Origin: Longimicrobiales bacterium
GTDB lineage: Bacteria > Gemmatimonadota > Gemmatimonadetes > Longimicrobiales > Gaopeijiaceae
Direction of reading: 5' to 3'
Length of the DNA stretch: 64,000 nucleotides
Assembly: GCA_965198065.1 (NCBI GenBank)
Contig: CBDAON010000004.1
Coordinates: 2,528,001 to 2,592,000, forward strand
In this document: positions 1 through 9,753 of the stretch, one piece after another
Numbering within the stretch: position 1 is the first letter of the stretch
How the letters are laid out: every line of letters begins with the position of its first letter
The notes under the pieces: generated by a model
Databases searched by the model: none
What the model was told of the DNA's origin: nothing
What the model saw: the letters and a program-made list of their open reading frames with translations, nothing else
Translations under genes and position numbers: made by a program

Positions 1-2
1 TC

Positions 3-1157
3 CTTGAGGACACCCTGCCCCAGATCTGGGTCGCGGGCGAGGTCGGGGGCTGGACCCGCGCGCGCTCCGGTCACGCGTACTTCGTGCTCAAGGATGAGGA
101 ATCTCAGCTCCGCTGCGTGATGTGGCGGAGCGACGCGGAGAGGCTCCCCGCGGATCCCGAGATCGGAATGCGCGTCCGGGCCCTCGGGTACCTGACGCTC
201 TACGAGGCGAGGGGGGAATACCAATTGGCGGTCCGCGCGCTCGAGGGAGAAGGCCAGGAGGGGCTCTGGCGGCTCGCGTTCGAGCGCCTTCGCGAGCGCC
301 TCGAGTCGGAGGGTCTCCTCGTCCCCGAGCGAAAGCGCCGACTCCCCCGGTTCCCCTCCTCGATCGGGGTGGTGACCTCGCCCAGCGGCGCGGCGTTCCA
401 CGACATCCTGACGGTCGTCCGCCGGCGCGCGCCCTGGACCAGGATCGTGCTCCGCGCCGCCCGCGTTCAGGGCGAAGGAGCCGCGGGAGAGATTGCCGAT
501 GCCATTCGGGTGCTCGGCGCGAGCAGGGAGGTGGACCTCGTGATCGTGGGAAGGGGCGGCGGCTCGATGGAGGACCTTTGGGCGTTCAACGAGGAGCCAG
601 TCGCGAGGGCGATCGCCGCGTGCCCGGTGCCGGTCATCTCGGCCGTGGGTCACGAGGTAGACGTCACGATCGCCGATCTCGTGGCCGACGTGAGGGCCCC
701 CACGCCGTCCGCGGCGGCCGAGTCGGCCGTCCAGGATCGCCGGACCGTCCTGGATCTCCTCCAGGGCGTGCGCCCGCGGCTGGCTCGCGCCCTCCGAGGG
801 CGCACGGAGCGAGGTCGGCTTCGAGTCGCCCGGGCGCGCGAGGGCGCCGCCCGAGGGCTGCATACGCTCGTCAGCGCCCGCAGGCGGGGTTTGGAGCGCA
901 GGGGCGAGAGCCTCACCCGCGCGATCCGATCCGCGCTCGGCGCCCGACGACAGCGTCTCGGGGTGGCGGCGGGAAAGGTCGATGCCCTCTCCCCCCTTTC
1001 CGCCCTCGGGCGCGGATTCGCTGTGCCGCTCGACGGGAGGGGGAGGATCCTTCGCGGGACCAGCGCGTTTCGGCGGGGCGACCGGTTCGACCTCCGGGTC
1101 GTGGACGGCCGCGTGCAGTGCGAGACCGTCGCCGTCCGGGAGGACGTGGGCGCATGA
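3..1157 (+). CDS. xseA: Exodeoxyribonuclease VII large subunit (5' partial)
   Basis: Frame is open from the window start (LEDTLPQIWVAGEV...SGHAYFVLKD); motifs GRGGGSMEDLWAFNEE, SAVGHEVD, APTPSAAAE; followed by xseB. Confidence 0.96.
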   Translation, partial: LEDTLPQIWVAGEVGGWTRARSGHAYFVLKDEESQLRCVMWRSDAERLPADPEIGMRVRALGYLTLYEARGEYQLAVRALEGEGQEGLWRLAFERLRERLESEGLLVPERKRRLPRFPSSIGVVTSPSGAAFHDILTVVRRRAPWTRIVLRAARVQGEGAAGEIADAIRVLGASREVDLVIVGRGGGSMEDLWAFNEEPVARAIAACPVPVISAVGHEVDVTIADLVADVRAPTPSAAAESAVQDRRTVLDLLQGVRPRLARALRGRTERGRLRVARAREGAARGLHTLVSARRRGLERRGESLTRAIRSALGARRQRLGVAAGKVDALSPLSALGRGFAVPLDGRGRILRGTSAFRRGDRFDLRVVDGRVQCETVAVREDVGA

Positions 1158-1453
1158 GCCCGGCGCGGCGGGAGGCCGGCTCGGAAGAGCCCGCGGACGG
1201 GGCGTCCGGCGCCGGGAATGAGCCGAGTCTCGAGGCCAGGCTCCGGCGACTGGACGAGATCGTCGCCCAGCTCGAGGGCGGGGATCCGGATCTCGAAACC
1301 GGGCTCCGTCTCTTTGAGGAAGGGGTGCGCCACATACGGGAGGCGGAGGGGCTCCTGGCCGAGGCCCAACTCCGCGTAGAAGAGCTCGTAGGTAACGCCG
1401 AGGCGGCCGAGGTGCGTTCCGTAGATCTTCCCGTCGAGAAGGACGAGGCGTAG
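1154..1453 (+). CDS. xseB: Exodeoxyribonuclease VII small subunit
   Basis: ATG overlaps the xseA stop (ATGA); SLEARLRRLDEIVAQLE...LETGLRLFEEG pattern; 3' part of ORF 122..1453. Confidence 0.93.
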   Translation: MSPARREAGSEEPADGASGAGNEPSLEARLRRLDEIVAQLEGGDPDLETGLRLFEEGVRHIREAEGLLAEAQLRVEELVGNAEAAEVRSVDLPVEKDEA

Positions 1454-2385
1454 TGCGGAGCGCACGCGTGCTGGAGCTCGCGAGCTTCCTCGAAGTGGAG
1501 AGGCACCGCGTCGGCCATGCGCTCGATCGAGCCCTCCGCCAGGTCGTCCCCCTTCTCCACCCCAAGCTTCGCGGCCCCGTGAGACAGGGGGTTCTGGCGG
1601 GGGGAAAGCGTCTCCGCCCTATCCTCTGCGTGACCGCATACCGGGCCTCGGGAGGGGTGGAGGAGCCGGAGGGCCGGATGCAGGAGGCCCTCTACGACCT
1701 GGCGGTATCGGTGGAGCTCATTCACGCGTACTCCCTCATGCACGACGATCTGCCGTGCATGGACGACGCCGCGCTACGAAGGGGGGAGCCCACGCCGCAC
1801 ACGGTTCACGGCGAGCGCTCTACGGTGCTGGGTGGGGCGGCCCTGATCCCGTCGGCTGCCCTCCAGCTTTGGGGCGCCGCGGCGGCGCTCGGCCTCGGAC
1901 TGGCCCGCCGAAAGGAGCTCGTTCGGATCCTGGCGAGGGCCGCGGGGGCGGAAGGGATGGTTGGCGGGCAGGCCATGGACCTCCTCGCCGAAGGAGGCCG
2001 CCAGCTCTCTCGCGAAGAGATGGACGGCTTGCACGCGAGAAAGACGGGCGCGCTCCTCGCCGCATCCCTGACTCTCGGGAGCACCGCCGCCCGCGCTCCC
2101 CGGGAGCTGGGCGAAGCCCTCGCGAGCTACGGGGAAGAGATCGGTCTCGCATTCCAGATCGCCGACGACGTCCTGGACGCGACGGCTGACGCGGGCACGC
2201 TGGGGAAGCATCCGTCGGACCGGGATCTCGGGAAGTCTACCTACGTGGGCCTCCTCGGCGTGGACGGCGCCCGACGAGAGGCGGAGCTCCGAATCGAGAG
2301 AGCTCTCGGGGCCCTGGCGGGCGTCGGAATCGAGTCGCCTCCCCTCGAGGCCCTCGCTCGTTACGTGGTTCACCGGGACCGCTGA
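1453..2385 (+). CDS. ispA: Polyprenyl (farnesyl/geranylgeranyl) diphosphate synthase
   Basis: GGKRLRP, first Asp-rich motif HDDLPCMD, RRG, KTGAL, FQIADDVLD; xseB-ispA-dxs synteny. Confidence 0.92.
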   Translation: MRSARVLELASFLEVERHRVGHALDRALRQVVPLLHPKLRGPVRQGVLAGGKRLRPILCVTAYRASGGVEEPEGRMQEALYDLAVSVELIHAYSLMHDDLPCMDDAALRRGEPTPHTVHGERSTVLGGAALIPSAALQLWGAAAALGLGLARRKELVRILARAAGAEGMVGGQAMDLLAEGGRQLSREEMDGLHARKTGALLAASLTLGSTAARAPRELGEALASYGEEIGLAFQIADDVLDATADAGTLGKHPSDRDLGKSTYVGLLGVDGARREAELRIERALGALAGVGIESPPLEALARYVVHRDR

Positions 2386-2567
2386 CGCTTGGGACCCCGG
2401 GCGATCCGGTGACGCGGGGCGCGCGACGCGCCGGCGATGCGGCCCCCCCGGACGATCCCTGTCGGCTCCGCCGCGCTTCCCACTATGTTTCGGCTCTGTC
2501 GTTGGGTTTCGAACGGCACGCCGGACGCTCGGCGTCGTCGACCCAACCGTGCACGGGGAGGGACGAG

Positions 2568-4472
2568 GTGTCGTTGTTGGAGCGGGTGAAGGATCCGTCG
2601 GACCTCCGCAAGCTGTCTCGGGGCGAGCTCAAGGCACTAGTCGTCGAGCTTCGGGACCGCCACATCGACGTGGTATCCCATGTCGGGGGACACTTCGGCG
2701 CGAGCCTCGGTGTGACCGAGCTCACCGTCGCGCTGCACTACGTGTTCGACACTCCTCGGGATCGCCTGGTTTGGGACACGGGGCATCAGGGCTACATCCA
2801 CAAGATCCTCACGGGGCGCAACGACCGCTTTCCCGCCATCCGGCAGGATGGCGGGCTCGCGCCGTTCCTGAACCGGAGCGAGTCGGAGTACGACACGTTC
2901 GGGGCCGGACACGCGGCCACATCCATCTCCGCGGCCCTCGGGATGGCCACGGCCCGGGACCTCCTCGGAAGGGACGAGAAGGTCGTGGCCATCATCGGGG
3001 ACGGGGCCATGGGCTGCGGTCTCGCTTACGAGGCCCTGAACAACGCGGGCCACACGGATCGGGACCTCGTGGTCGTGCTAAACGACAACGACATGTCCAT
3101 CGCCCCCAACGTCGGCGCGATGAACAAGTACCTGACCACGATGATCACGAACCCGGTCTACAACCGGGTGCGTGACGAGGTGAAGGCGCTCCTCCAGAAG
3201 GCTCCGCGAAGCCTGGAGTCCGTGGCGGAGAAGGTCGAGGAGGGTGTCAAGCACCTGCTCGTTCCCGGAATGCTCTTCCAGGAGCTCGGGTTCCGCTACG
3301 TCGGTCCGGTGGATGGACACAGTGTCGACGATCTCCTCGACGCGCTCCAGGGCGTCCGGGAGATGCGGGGTCCCATCCTCGTTCACGTGCTCACGCAGAA
3401 GGGGAGGGGGTACGCGCCGGCTGAGGAAAACCCCATGAAGTGGCACGCAGCTTCCCCGTTCGACAAAATCTCGGGCTCGGGGAAGTCCAAAGCCGGCGGG
3501 TTGCCGCGCTACCAAAAGGTCTTCGGCGCCGGGGTGATGGAGCTCGGGCGGCACGACCCCAGGATTGTCGTCATCACCGCGGGAATGCCCGACGGCACGT
3601 CGAGCGAGATCTTCGGGAAGGCCTTCCCCGAGCGCCACTTCGATGTCGGGATCGCCGAGGCGCACGGAACGACGTTTGCAGCGGGGCTGGCCACCCAGGG
3701 GATCCGCCCGGTCGTCGCGATCTATTCGACGTTTCTCCAGCGGGCGTTCGACTCGATTGTGCACGACGTCGCGCTCCAGCGCCTTCCCGTGGTGTTCTGC
3801 ATGGACCGTGCGGGGATCGCGGGCGAGGACGGGCCAACCCACCACGGCGCCTTCGACATCAACTACATGCTGGCCGTTCCCGGCATGACGGTGGCGGCGC
3901 CGAAGGACGGCTCGGAGATGCTCGCGCTGCTTCGACTCGCCCTCTCGCTGGACGACGGACCGTTCTCGATCCGATGGCCGCGGGCGTCCGTCCCCGCGGA
4001 GGTCCCGGCGATCTCGGAGATTCCGGCCGTTGAGTACGGGAGCTGGGAGGTCCTGAGGGAGGGGTCGGCCTTGGCCATCCTATCCGTCGGCGCCATGGTC
4101 CAGTCCGCTATCGAGGCTGCGGCTCTCCTGGCCCGGGACGGGATCTCGGCCACGGTGGTGAACTGTCGGTTCCTCCGACCGTACGATCGATCGGTGCTCT
4201 CGGGCGTTCTCGGGCGCCACGAGGCCGTTCTCACCGTGGAGGAGGGCGCGCGCTCGAATGGGTTCGGGGCGTTCGTGGCGCGGGAGATCCTGGATGATCC
4301 GGACCTTCCGTTCCCTTCGAGTTTCGGGACGATGGGCCTCCCGGACCGCTTCGTCGAGCACGGGCCGCGTGCCGTGCTTCTCTCCAGGGCGGGGCTCGAT
4401 CCGGCCGGGATTGCGAGCCGCGCGCGGGAGATCGTGGGGAAGCAGGTTCGAGCGTCGAGAGAGAGTGCGTGA
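2568..4472 (+). CDS. dxs: 1-deoxy-D-xylulose-5-phosphate synthase
   Basis: GGHFGASLG, WDTGHQGYIHK, GDGA...EALNN TPP motif, DVGIAEAH, DGPTHHG; GTG start at 2568 chosen (ORF track begins at 2409). Confidence 0.97.
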   Translation: MSLLERVKDPSDLRKLSRGELKALVVELRDRHIDVVSHVGGHFGASLGVTELTVALHYVFDTPRDRLVWDTGHQGYIHKILTGRNDRFPAIRQDGGLAPFLNRSESEYDTFGAGHAATSISAALGMATARDLLGRDEKVVAIIGDGAMGCGLAYEALNNAGHTDRDLVVVLNDNDMSIAPNVGAMNKYLTTMITNPVYNRVRDEVKALLQKAPRSLESVAEKVEEGVKHLLVPGMLFQELGFRYVGPVDGHSVDDLLDALQGVREMRGPILVHVLTQKGRGYAPAEENPMKWHAASPFDKISGSGKSKAGGLPRYQKVFGAGVMELGRHDPRIVVITAGMPDGTSSEIFGKAFPERHFDVGIAEAHGTTFAAGLATQGIRPVVAIYSTFLQRAFDSIVHDVALQRLPVVFCMDRAGIAGEDGPTHHGAFDINYMLAVPGMTVAAPKDGSEMLALLRLALSLDDGPFSIRWPRASVPAEVPAISEIPAVEYGSWEVLREGSALAILSVGAMVQSAIEAAALLARDGISATVVNCRFLRPYDRSVLSGVLGRHEAVLTVEEGARSNGFGAFVAREILDDPDLPFPSSFGTMGLPDRFVEHGPRAVLLSRAGLDPAGIASRAREIVGKQVRASRESA

Positions 4473-5374
4473 CGCCTCCGGGTGAGGGACGGCTCGCCTC
4501 GCTCCCCGGCGGGTTCAAGAGGATCGGGGTGGTCGGGCACGACGGGACGGAGGAGCTTCGGGGGGTGATCGAGCGCGTCCGGAGGTTCGCGGAAGCGCAT
4601 GGGATCGATGTCTTCCTCGAGGAGTCGATCCGGAAGGGGGATCTGAGGTCGCTCGAGTCCCTCCCCGAGTCCGGCGACGGGGTCGATCTGATCCTCACCC
4701 TGGGGGGCGACGGTACGCTGCTCCGAGGCGTGCGACGGGGCGCCCCCGATGCCATCCCCGTGCTCGGAGTGAACCTGGGGCGCCTCGGGTTCCTCACCTC
4801 GGCCGGTCTCCCCACGCTCGAGTCGGCCCTGGAGCAGGCGCTCCAGGGTGCGGCCCTTCTGGATCGCCGGTTCACGCTCGAGGGCCGGGTCGTCCACGGG
4901 AACGGAAAGCCCGGTGCCCGTCTCTGGGCCCTGAACGACCTCGTGCTTCACAAGGGAGGTGCGGCCCGGGTCGTGAGGCTCAGGCTTCGGATCGGAAAGG
5001 ACGCCGAGGAGGAGATCGGGAGTTTCTCGGGCGACGGGGTCATCGTGGCGACCCCCACCGGCTCAACTGCCTATTCCCTCTCCGCGGGCGGCCCGATCAT
5101 CGTACCGACCATGGATTGCGTGGTCGTGACGCCGATCTGCCCTCACACCATGGCCATGCGGCCGTTCGTCCTTCCGGATCACATGCTCCTCACGGTCCAG
5201 GCCGTTGATCGGAGCGGGGACTTGGTCATCACGGCCGACGGGCAGGTCGCGTGCACGCTCGAGCCGGGAGACCACGTCGTGATGGGGAAGGGTCCGCACC
5301 GGGTGTCCCTCGTGCGGTTCCCGGGACAGACCTACTTCGATACGCTTAGCCGCGTCCTCAACTGGGCGGTGTGA
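4469..5374 (+). CDS. nadK: NAD(+) kinase
   Basis: GGDGTLL, NLGRLGFL, ND, DGVIVATPTGSTAYSLSAGGP. Confidence 0.96.
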   Translation: MTPPGEGRLASLPGGFKRIGVVGHDGTEELRGVIERVRRFAEAHGIDVFLEESIRKGDLRSLESLPESGDGVDLILTLGGDGTLLRGVRRGAPDAIPVLGVNLGRLGFLTSAGLPTLESALEQALQGAALLDRRFTLEGRVVHGNGKPGARLWALNDLVLHKGGAARVVRLRLRIGKDAEEEIGSFSGDGVIVATPTGSTAYSLSAGGPIIVPTMDCVVVTPICPHTMAMRPFVLPDHMLLTVQAVDRSGDLVITADGQVACTLEPGDHVVMGKGPHRVSLVRFPGQTYFDTLSRVLNWAV

Positions 5375-5417
5375 AGGGGCGCCATCCCGAAGACCGCGGG
5401 ACGCACTTCCGAGCGCC

Positions 5418-7082
5418 ATGCTGATCGAGCTCCGTATCCGGAACCTGGCCGTGATCGAGGACCTGTCCGTCGAGCTGGGCCCGGGGCTAAACACGCTGAC
5501 GGGTGAGACCGGCGCCGGCAAGTCGATCATCGTGGGTGCGCTCTCGCTGCTCCTCGGTGAGCGAGCGTCGTCGGAGTCCGTGAGGGCCGGGGCGGACCGG
5601 GCCTCCGTGGAGGCCGTGTTCGACGTGTTGGAGAGGCCCGAGCTTCGCGCCCGGTTGGAGGAATTGGGGTTCGAGCCGGACGACGAGGTGCTCGTGCTCC
5701 GGCGCGAGGTTCAGGCCGAGGGCCGAAACCGCGCCTGGATCAACGGCTCCCCTACCACTGCGGGAGTGGTGGGTGACTTCGGGCGCTCTCTCGTAGATCT
5801 CCACGGCCAACACGAGCACCAGACGCTCCTCCGTCCGTCCGAGCAGAGGGCGATTTTGGATTCGTTCGCCGGGGTGCGGGAGCTGTCCGACCGGGTCCGG
5901 GAGCTTCACCACCTCGCGTCGGAGCTTCGGGATCGACGGACGCGGCGCGACGCACGTGGCCGGGATCTGAGGGAGCGGGCCGGGTTTCTCCGGTCGCAGC
6001 TCGACGAGATCGAGGACGCGCGGGTCCTTCCCGACGAGGACGAACGCGTGCATGAGGAGCTGGGGAGGCTGGAACACGCCGAGGAGCTGGCTCGCGAGTC
6101 CGAGGCCGTGCACGGCCTCCTCCAAGCGGACGACAGCTCTGTGTCGGAGCGCCTGGCCGAGGCGAGGAACGCGCTCGACCGGCTGTCCCACTTCGACCCA
6201 AAGCTCGCCGCGCTTCGAGACGAGGTGGACGAGCTCTATCACCGGGCGGCTGAGGCAGGCAGGGCGGCCGGGAAGTACTCTACGGACGTGGACGTGTCCC
6301 CCGTCCGTGCGGAAGAGCTCCGAACGCGAGCGGACCTCCTGTTTCGGCTCAAGCGCAAGTACGGACCCGAGCTCCAAGACGTGCTGGACACGCTGGCCCG
6401 CGTGGCAGGCGAGCTCGACGAGCTGGACGAGACCGGGCTCGAGCTGGGGGAGCTGACGCGCCGTCTCGAGGATGTCGAGATGAATCTGCGTGAAGGAGCG
6501 GCCGAGCTCAGCCGGGCCCGAGCGGAGGCCGGAAGGGGGCTCGCCGCCGAAGTCGAGGCCATGCTTCCGGACCTCGGAATGCCGGGGGCCCAGTTCCGGG
6601 TCGGGCTCGAGCCGCTCGAGGTGCCGGAGGCGGGAGGCGCGGAGCACATCCAGTTTCTCGCCTCCCTGAATCCCGGCTTCGACGTGCGCCCGCTGGCCAG
6701 GATCGCGAGTGGAGGTGAGCTCTCGCGCGTAATGCTTGCGCTCAAGTCCGTCCTATCTCAAGACGATCCCGTGCCCACCCTCGTCTTCGACGAAATCGAC
6801 GCGGGCATCGGCGGGGAGGTGGCGGTCGCGGTTGCCACCAAGCTGCGGGACGTGGGGCGGCTGCATCAGGTCGTGGTCGTCACGCACCTAGCCCAGCTCG
6901 CCTCGCGAGGACGGCAGCACCTTAGGGTCGAGAAGATCGAGCGCGCGGGCCGCGCGCTTGCCACCGTGGAAAGCCTGGAAGGGGAAGGGCGCGTACGGGA
7001 AATTGCGCGGATGCTAGGCGGAGATCCGGACTCCGAGACGTCCCGCCATCACGCGCGGGAGCTCCTAACCTCCGATCACTAG
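5418..7082 (+). CDS. recN: DNA repair protein RecN
   Basis: Walker A GETGAGKS, DLHGQHEHQ, coiled coil, ASGGELSR, FDEIDAGIGG, VTHLAQLA. Confidence 0.97.
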   Translation: MLIELRIRNLAVIEDLSVELGPGLNTLTGETGAGKSIIVGALSLLLGERASSESVRAGADRASVEAVFDVLERPELRARLEELGFEPDDEVLVLRREVQAEGRNRAWINGSPTTAGVVGDFGRSLVDLHGQHEHQTLLRPSEQRAILDSFAGVRELSDRVRELHHLASELRDRRTRRDARGRDLRERAGFLRSQLDEIEDARVLPDEDERVHEELGRLEHAEELARESEAVHGLLQADDSSVSERLAEARNALDRLSHFDPKLAALRDEVDELYHRAAEAGRAAGKYSTDVDVSPVRAEELRTRADLLFRLKRKYGPELQDVLDTLARVAGELDELDETGLELGELTRRLEDVEMNLREGAAELSRARAEAGRGLAAEVEAMLPDLGMPGAQFRVGLEPLEVPEAGGAEHIQFLASLNPGFDVRPLARIASGGELSRVMLALKSVLSQDDPVPTLVFDEIDAGIGGEVAVAVATKLRDVGRLHQVVVVTHLAQLASRGRQHLRVEKIERAGRALATVESLEGEGRVREIARMLGGDPDSETSRHHARELLTSDH

Positions 7083-8633
7083 GCTCACCCCCGAGTCCAC
7101 GCGCTGCTCCGCTGGGGACCACGGGCCGCTCCCGCTAACGCTTCGGGACACCCGAATGAACGCCTCGAACGGGAAGGGCGAAGTGTCGGCCGCTGGGGAG
7201 GCCCTCGCGACGTATCGGAGTTCCGCGATGAGACTTTGGACGGTTCGAGCGCCGTCCGGAGCCGACACCTGCGGCCCGTCGGGATCGAGGGCGGAGAAGG
7301 TGTCGGCCTCCTGGCGAAACACGTCCCATCCGACGCCCAACACGAGGGTCGCGCCCAGGCGGAAGCGCGGCACCAGGTTCACCCGCACGTGGCTTCCTGG
7401 AGTCCACTTCACGCGGGCGCGGGTGCGCCCCGGGCTGAACGGCTGAGACGGATCCGGCGAGAGCAGAGGCATCTCACGCCCCCCGAACCACGCTCCTTCG
7501 AGAAGTCCGGTCACGGAGAAGTGGCGCCAGAGGAGCGCCTCGGACTCGAGCCGGACTCGCATACCGGAGGCCCCACGCGTCGACGTGCCCGGAGCGAGGG
7601 CTCGGAGGGTGTCGGGCTTGGCGGTCGCGAAACGGAACGTTCCCGAGAGCTCCGAGCGAAAGGCGAAGGGCGACCCGTCGTTCGAGACCACGTCGAATAG
7701 GCGGACCGCCGCGTGGACCTCCACGTCCCCCAGATCGAAGAACGACTCCGGGGTGCCCACTGGAACCCCGTCCCCAGGCCAGGCCGGGGCCACCACCGTG
7801 CTCCGGAAGATCTCCTGGGTCAGCGCGGACACGGCGAGCGGCACCTCGGCCGGCGGGATCGCCCCCCAGCCCGCCAGCTGCGATAGGAGAGAGAGCCAGC
7901 GGGCCTCAATGGCGCCCCCGAGCTCTCTTCCCGCGCTGGGGAAGACCTCCTCAGCCTCGTAGGAGGTCTCGAGAAGCGATAGGAAGCCGTCGACCTCGTT
8001 GACGAGGTCACGTCCACCGAGGCACACCGCCTCTTCGTCGCCGGCCCCCGCGCAGTGCCCCTCGACCGCGTCCCGGGCCTCCCCGAGCGCGCTCGTTGCC
8101 TGGCCCAGGAAGTCACTCACCGCTCCGGGCGCGGAAAGGGCCGGATTCAGCCCCACGTTCGCTCCTTCGGCGGAGTATCGGAGGATCGCGCCCATCTGCC
8201 TACGGATGATCGGGACCGTGATGCCGATCGCGACGCGGTCGAGGACCCCGTACCAAAGGTCCAGGGGCACCACGTGCTCCTCGAGCGAGAGCCGCCCGTC
8301 GGACTTGCCCAGTCTGAGCGGCACGGCGCCACCTCCCGCCAGCTCGTGGAAGCGCGCTTCGGTGGGCTCGAGAGCGGGGGCGTGCCGTGTGCCGATGTCG
8401 GAGAGGAAGAAGTGGCTCCCTAGGGGGGTCTCTGCGCCGGACGCGTAGAGGCCGTCCACGACCAGGAAGGAGGGCTCCAAGCGAAGGAGGAATGTTCCGC
8501 GGGACACCACCGAGCCACCTTCGAGCTGACCGCGGGCGGGGCCAGCGAGCGTGAGGAGCAGGGAGACACCGACCGAAGCCGGCCGGGCGACCAACCCCAC
8601 CGCGGAGAGGGCATCCCGGAGGAGAGATGTCAT
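7065..8633 (-). CDS. Uncharacterised exported protein, probably an outer-membrane beta-barrel with a helical insertion
   Basis: 522-aa ORF with signal-peptide-like N-terminus and amphipathic beta-strand patterns; overlaps the recN 3' end by 18 bp. Confidence 0.6.
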   Translation of the reverse strand: MTSLLRDALSAVGLVARPASVGVSLLLTLAGPARGQLEGGSVVSRGTFLLRLEPSFLVVDGLYASGAETPLGSHFFLSDIGTRHAPALEPTEARFHELAGGGAVPLRLGKSDGRLSLEEHVVPLDLWYGVLDRVAIGITVPIIRRQMGAILRYSAEGANVGLNPALSAPGAVSDFLGQATSALGEARDAVEGHCAGAGDEEAVCLGGRDLVNEVDGFLSLLETSYEAEEVFPSAGRELGGAIEARWLSLLSQLAGWGAIPPAEVPLAVSALTQEIFRSTVVAPAWPGDGVPVGTPESFFDLGDVEVHAAVRLFDVVSNDGSPFAFRSELSGTFRFATAKPDTLRALAPGTSTRGASGMRVRLESEALLWRHFSVTGLLEGAWFGGREMPLLSPDPSQPFSPGRTRARVKWTPGSHVRVNLVPRFRLGATLVLGVGWDVFRQEADTFSALDPDGPQVSAPDGARTVQSLIAELRYVARASPAADTSPFPFEAFIRVSRSVSGSGPWSPAEQRVDSGVSLVIGG

Positions 8634-8750
8634 CGAGAACCAGGGGGGCTTTCGTAGGCTGGTCGCGGACCGGACGCGGACCGAAAGATAAGGGCGCCGA
8701 GGAGGCCCACCAACGGCCTCGAAACGGGGCTGTGTGAGGGCCCGAAGATC

Positions 8751-8779
8751 TTGACGCCCCTAGGGGTTCCGTCTAGCTT
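8751..8779 (+). promoter_or_regulatory. Sigma70-type promoter for the tRNA-Gly/tRNA-Cys pair
   Basis: TTGACG (8751-8756), 17-bp spacer, TAGCTT (8774-8779), about 50 bp upstream of tRNA-Gly. Confidence 0.7.
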
Positions 8780-8831
8780 CCACCGTCCCGGGAACGGCCC
8801 TGTTTCGGGGTGAAGCGCCGTCGTCGCATTC

Positions 8832-8904
<73 letters not shown>

Positions 8905-8914
8905 CTTCCCGGAC

Positions 8915-8948
8915 GGGGGGCTCGACGCGCGGGTTCGCGGAGCCCCCC
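8915..8948 (+). other. GC-rich hairpin in the tRNA spacer
   Basis: GGGGGGCTC (8915-8923) pairs with GAGCCCCCC (8940-8948). Confidence 0.6.
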
Positions 8949-8960
8949 ATTTCCATTTCA

Positions 8961-9031
8961 GGCGCCGTGGCCAAGTGGTAAGGCAGAGGACTGCAAATCC
9001 TCTATCCCCGGTTCGAATCCGGGCGGCGCCT
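8961..9031 (+). tRNA. tRNA-Cys(GCA), CCA not encoded
   Basis: Acceptor stem GGCGCCG/CGGCGCC, anticodon arm GAGGA-CT-GCA-AA-TCCTC, GGTTCGAATCC. Confidence 0.97.
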
Positions 9032-9104
9032 CTTTAGGTTAATCTGCTCCCAACGTGCAGGTGCTGGATCTCGACGCATTGAAGGGCCTGCTGGAGGTGC
9101 CTTA

Positions 9105-9464
9105 TCACACGAACCGAAGCGCCTCGAGGGGATCCGTCCTGGAAGCTCGTCGAGCGGGCAGATACGAAGCGACGAGCGCAACTGAGGTCAGCAGGGCGGC
9201 CACGGCCCCGAAAGTGAGGGGGTCCATGGCTTCAACACCAAACAGCCACGAGGAGATGAGGCGCGTAAGTCCGACAGCCGCGACGAGTCCGACCGCAACG
9301 CCGATGCCGGTCAGGATCACGCCCTGTCGCAGCACCATCCGACGTACGTCACGGCTGTCCGCTCCGAGCACCATTCGCACGCCGATCTCCCGCGTGCGTT
9401 GACTCACGACGTACGAGATGACGCCGTAGATCCCGACCACGCCGAGGGCGAGCGCCACGGCGGC
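9105..9464 (-). pseudogene. C-terminal fragment of an FtsX/MacB-like (ADOP-type) ABC permease, fused in frame to an IS3 orfA N-terminus
   Basis: GIYGVISYVVSQRTREIGVRMVLGA...ASYLPARRASRTDPLEALR is the typical ADOP C-terminus; the rest of the gene is missing. Confidence 0.88.
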
Positions 9465-9662
9465 CTGCTCGGTGATGCCGAGCTCCCGGCTGATCAGCTT
9501 CACGGATTTGCCGCCGGCCAGACCGACCTCTGCCTCCCGCACTGCAGTGATGATCTGCTCCGGAGTGTGTCGCTTCCTTCCCATCCTGACCTCCTCGCTG
9601 AAAAGCTTCGGACCAGGTCGATCCTAACATTGCACCTGGTCTCGTTTCAGGGGGTCAGGTCA
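9465..9662 (-). mobile_element. IS3-family left end (IRL plus first 40 codons of orfA)
   Basis: Near-identical to 24620-24817; terminus TGACCTGACCC on the minus strand; encodes MGRKRHTPEQII...GITEQ. Confidence 0.92.
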
Positions 9663-9663
9663 A

Positions 9664-9753
9664 TCCCGACTTTCCGAGTCCGAGCTGAAGCGGCTGTCGA
9701 GTTTGGTGGACGAGGCGCGGAAACGCGAAGCATCTGAGGAGGACGACTCATGA
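9664..9753 (+). pseudogene. C-terminal remnant of a BlaI/MecI/CopY-family repressor
   Basis: Translates SRLSESELKRLSSLVDEARKREASEEDDS*; its stop overlaps the M56 start (ATGA), the usual blaI-blaR1 arrangement; N-terminus replaced by the IS end. Confidence 0.7.
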
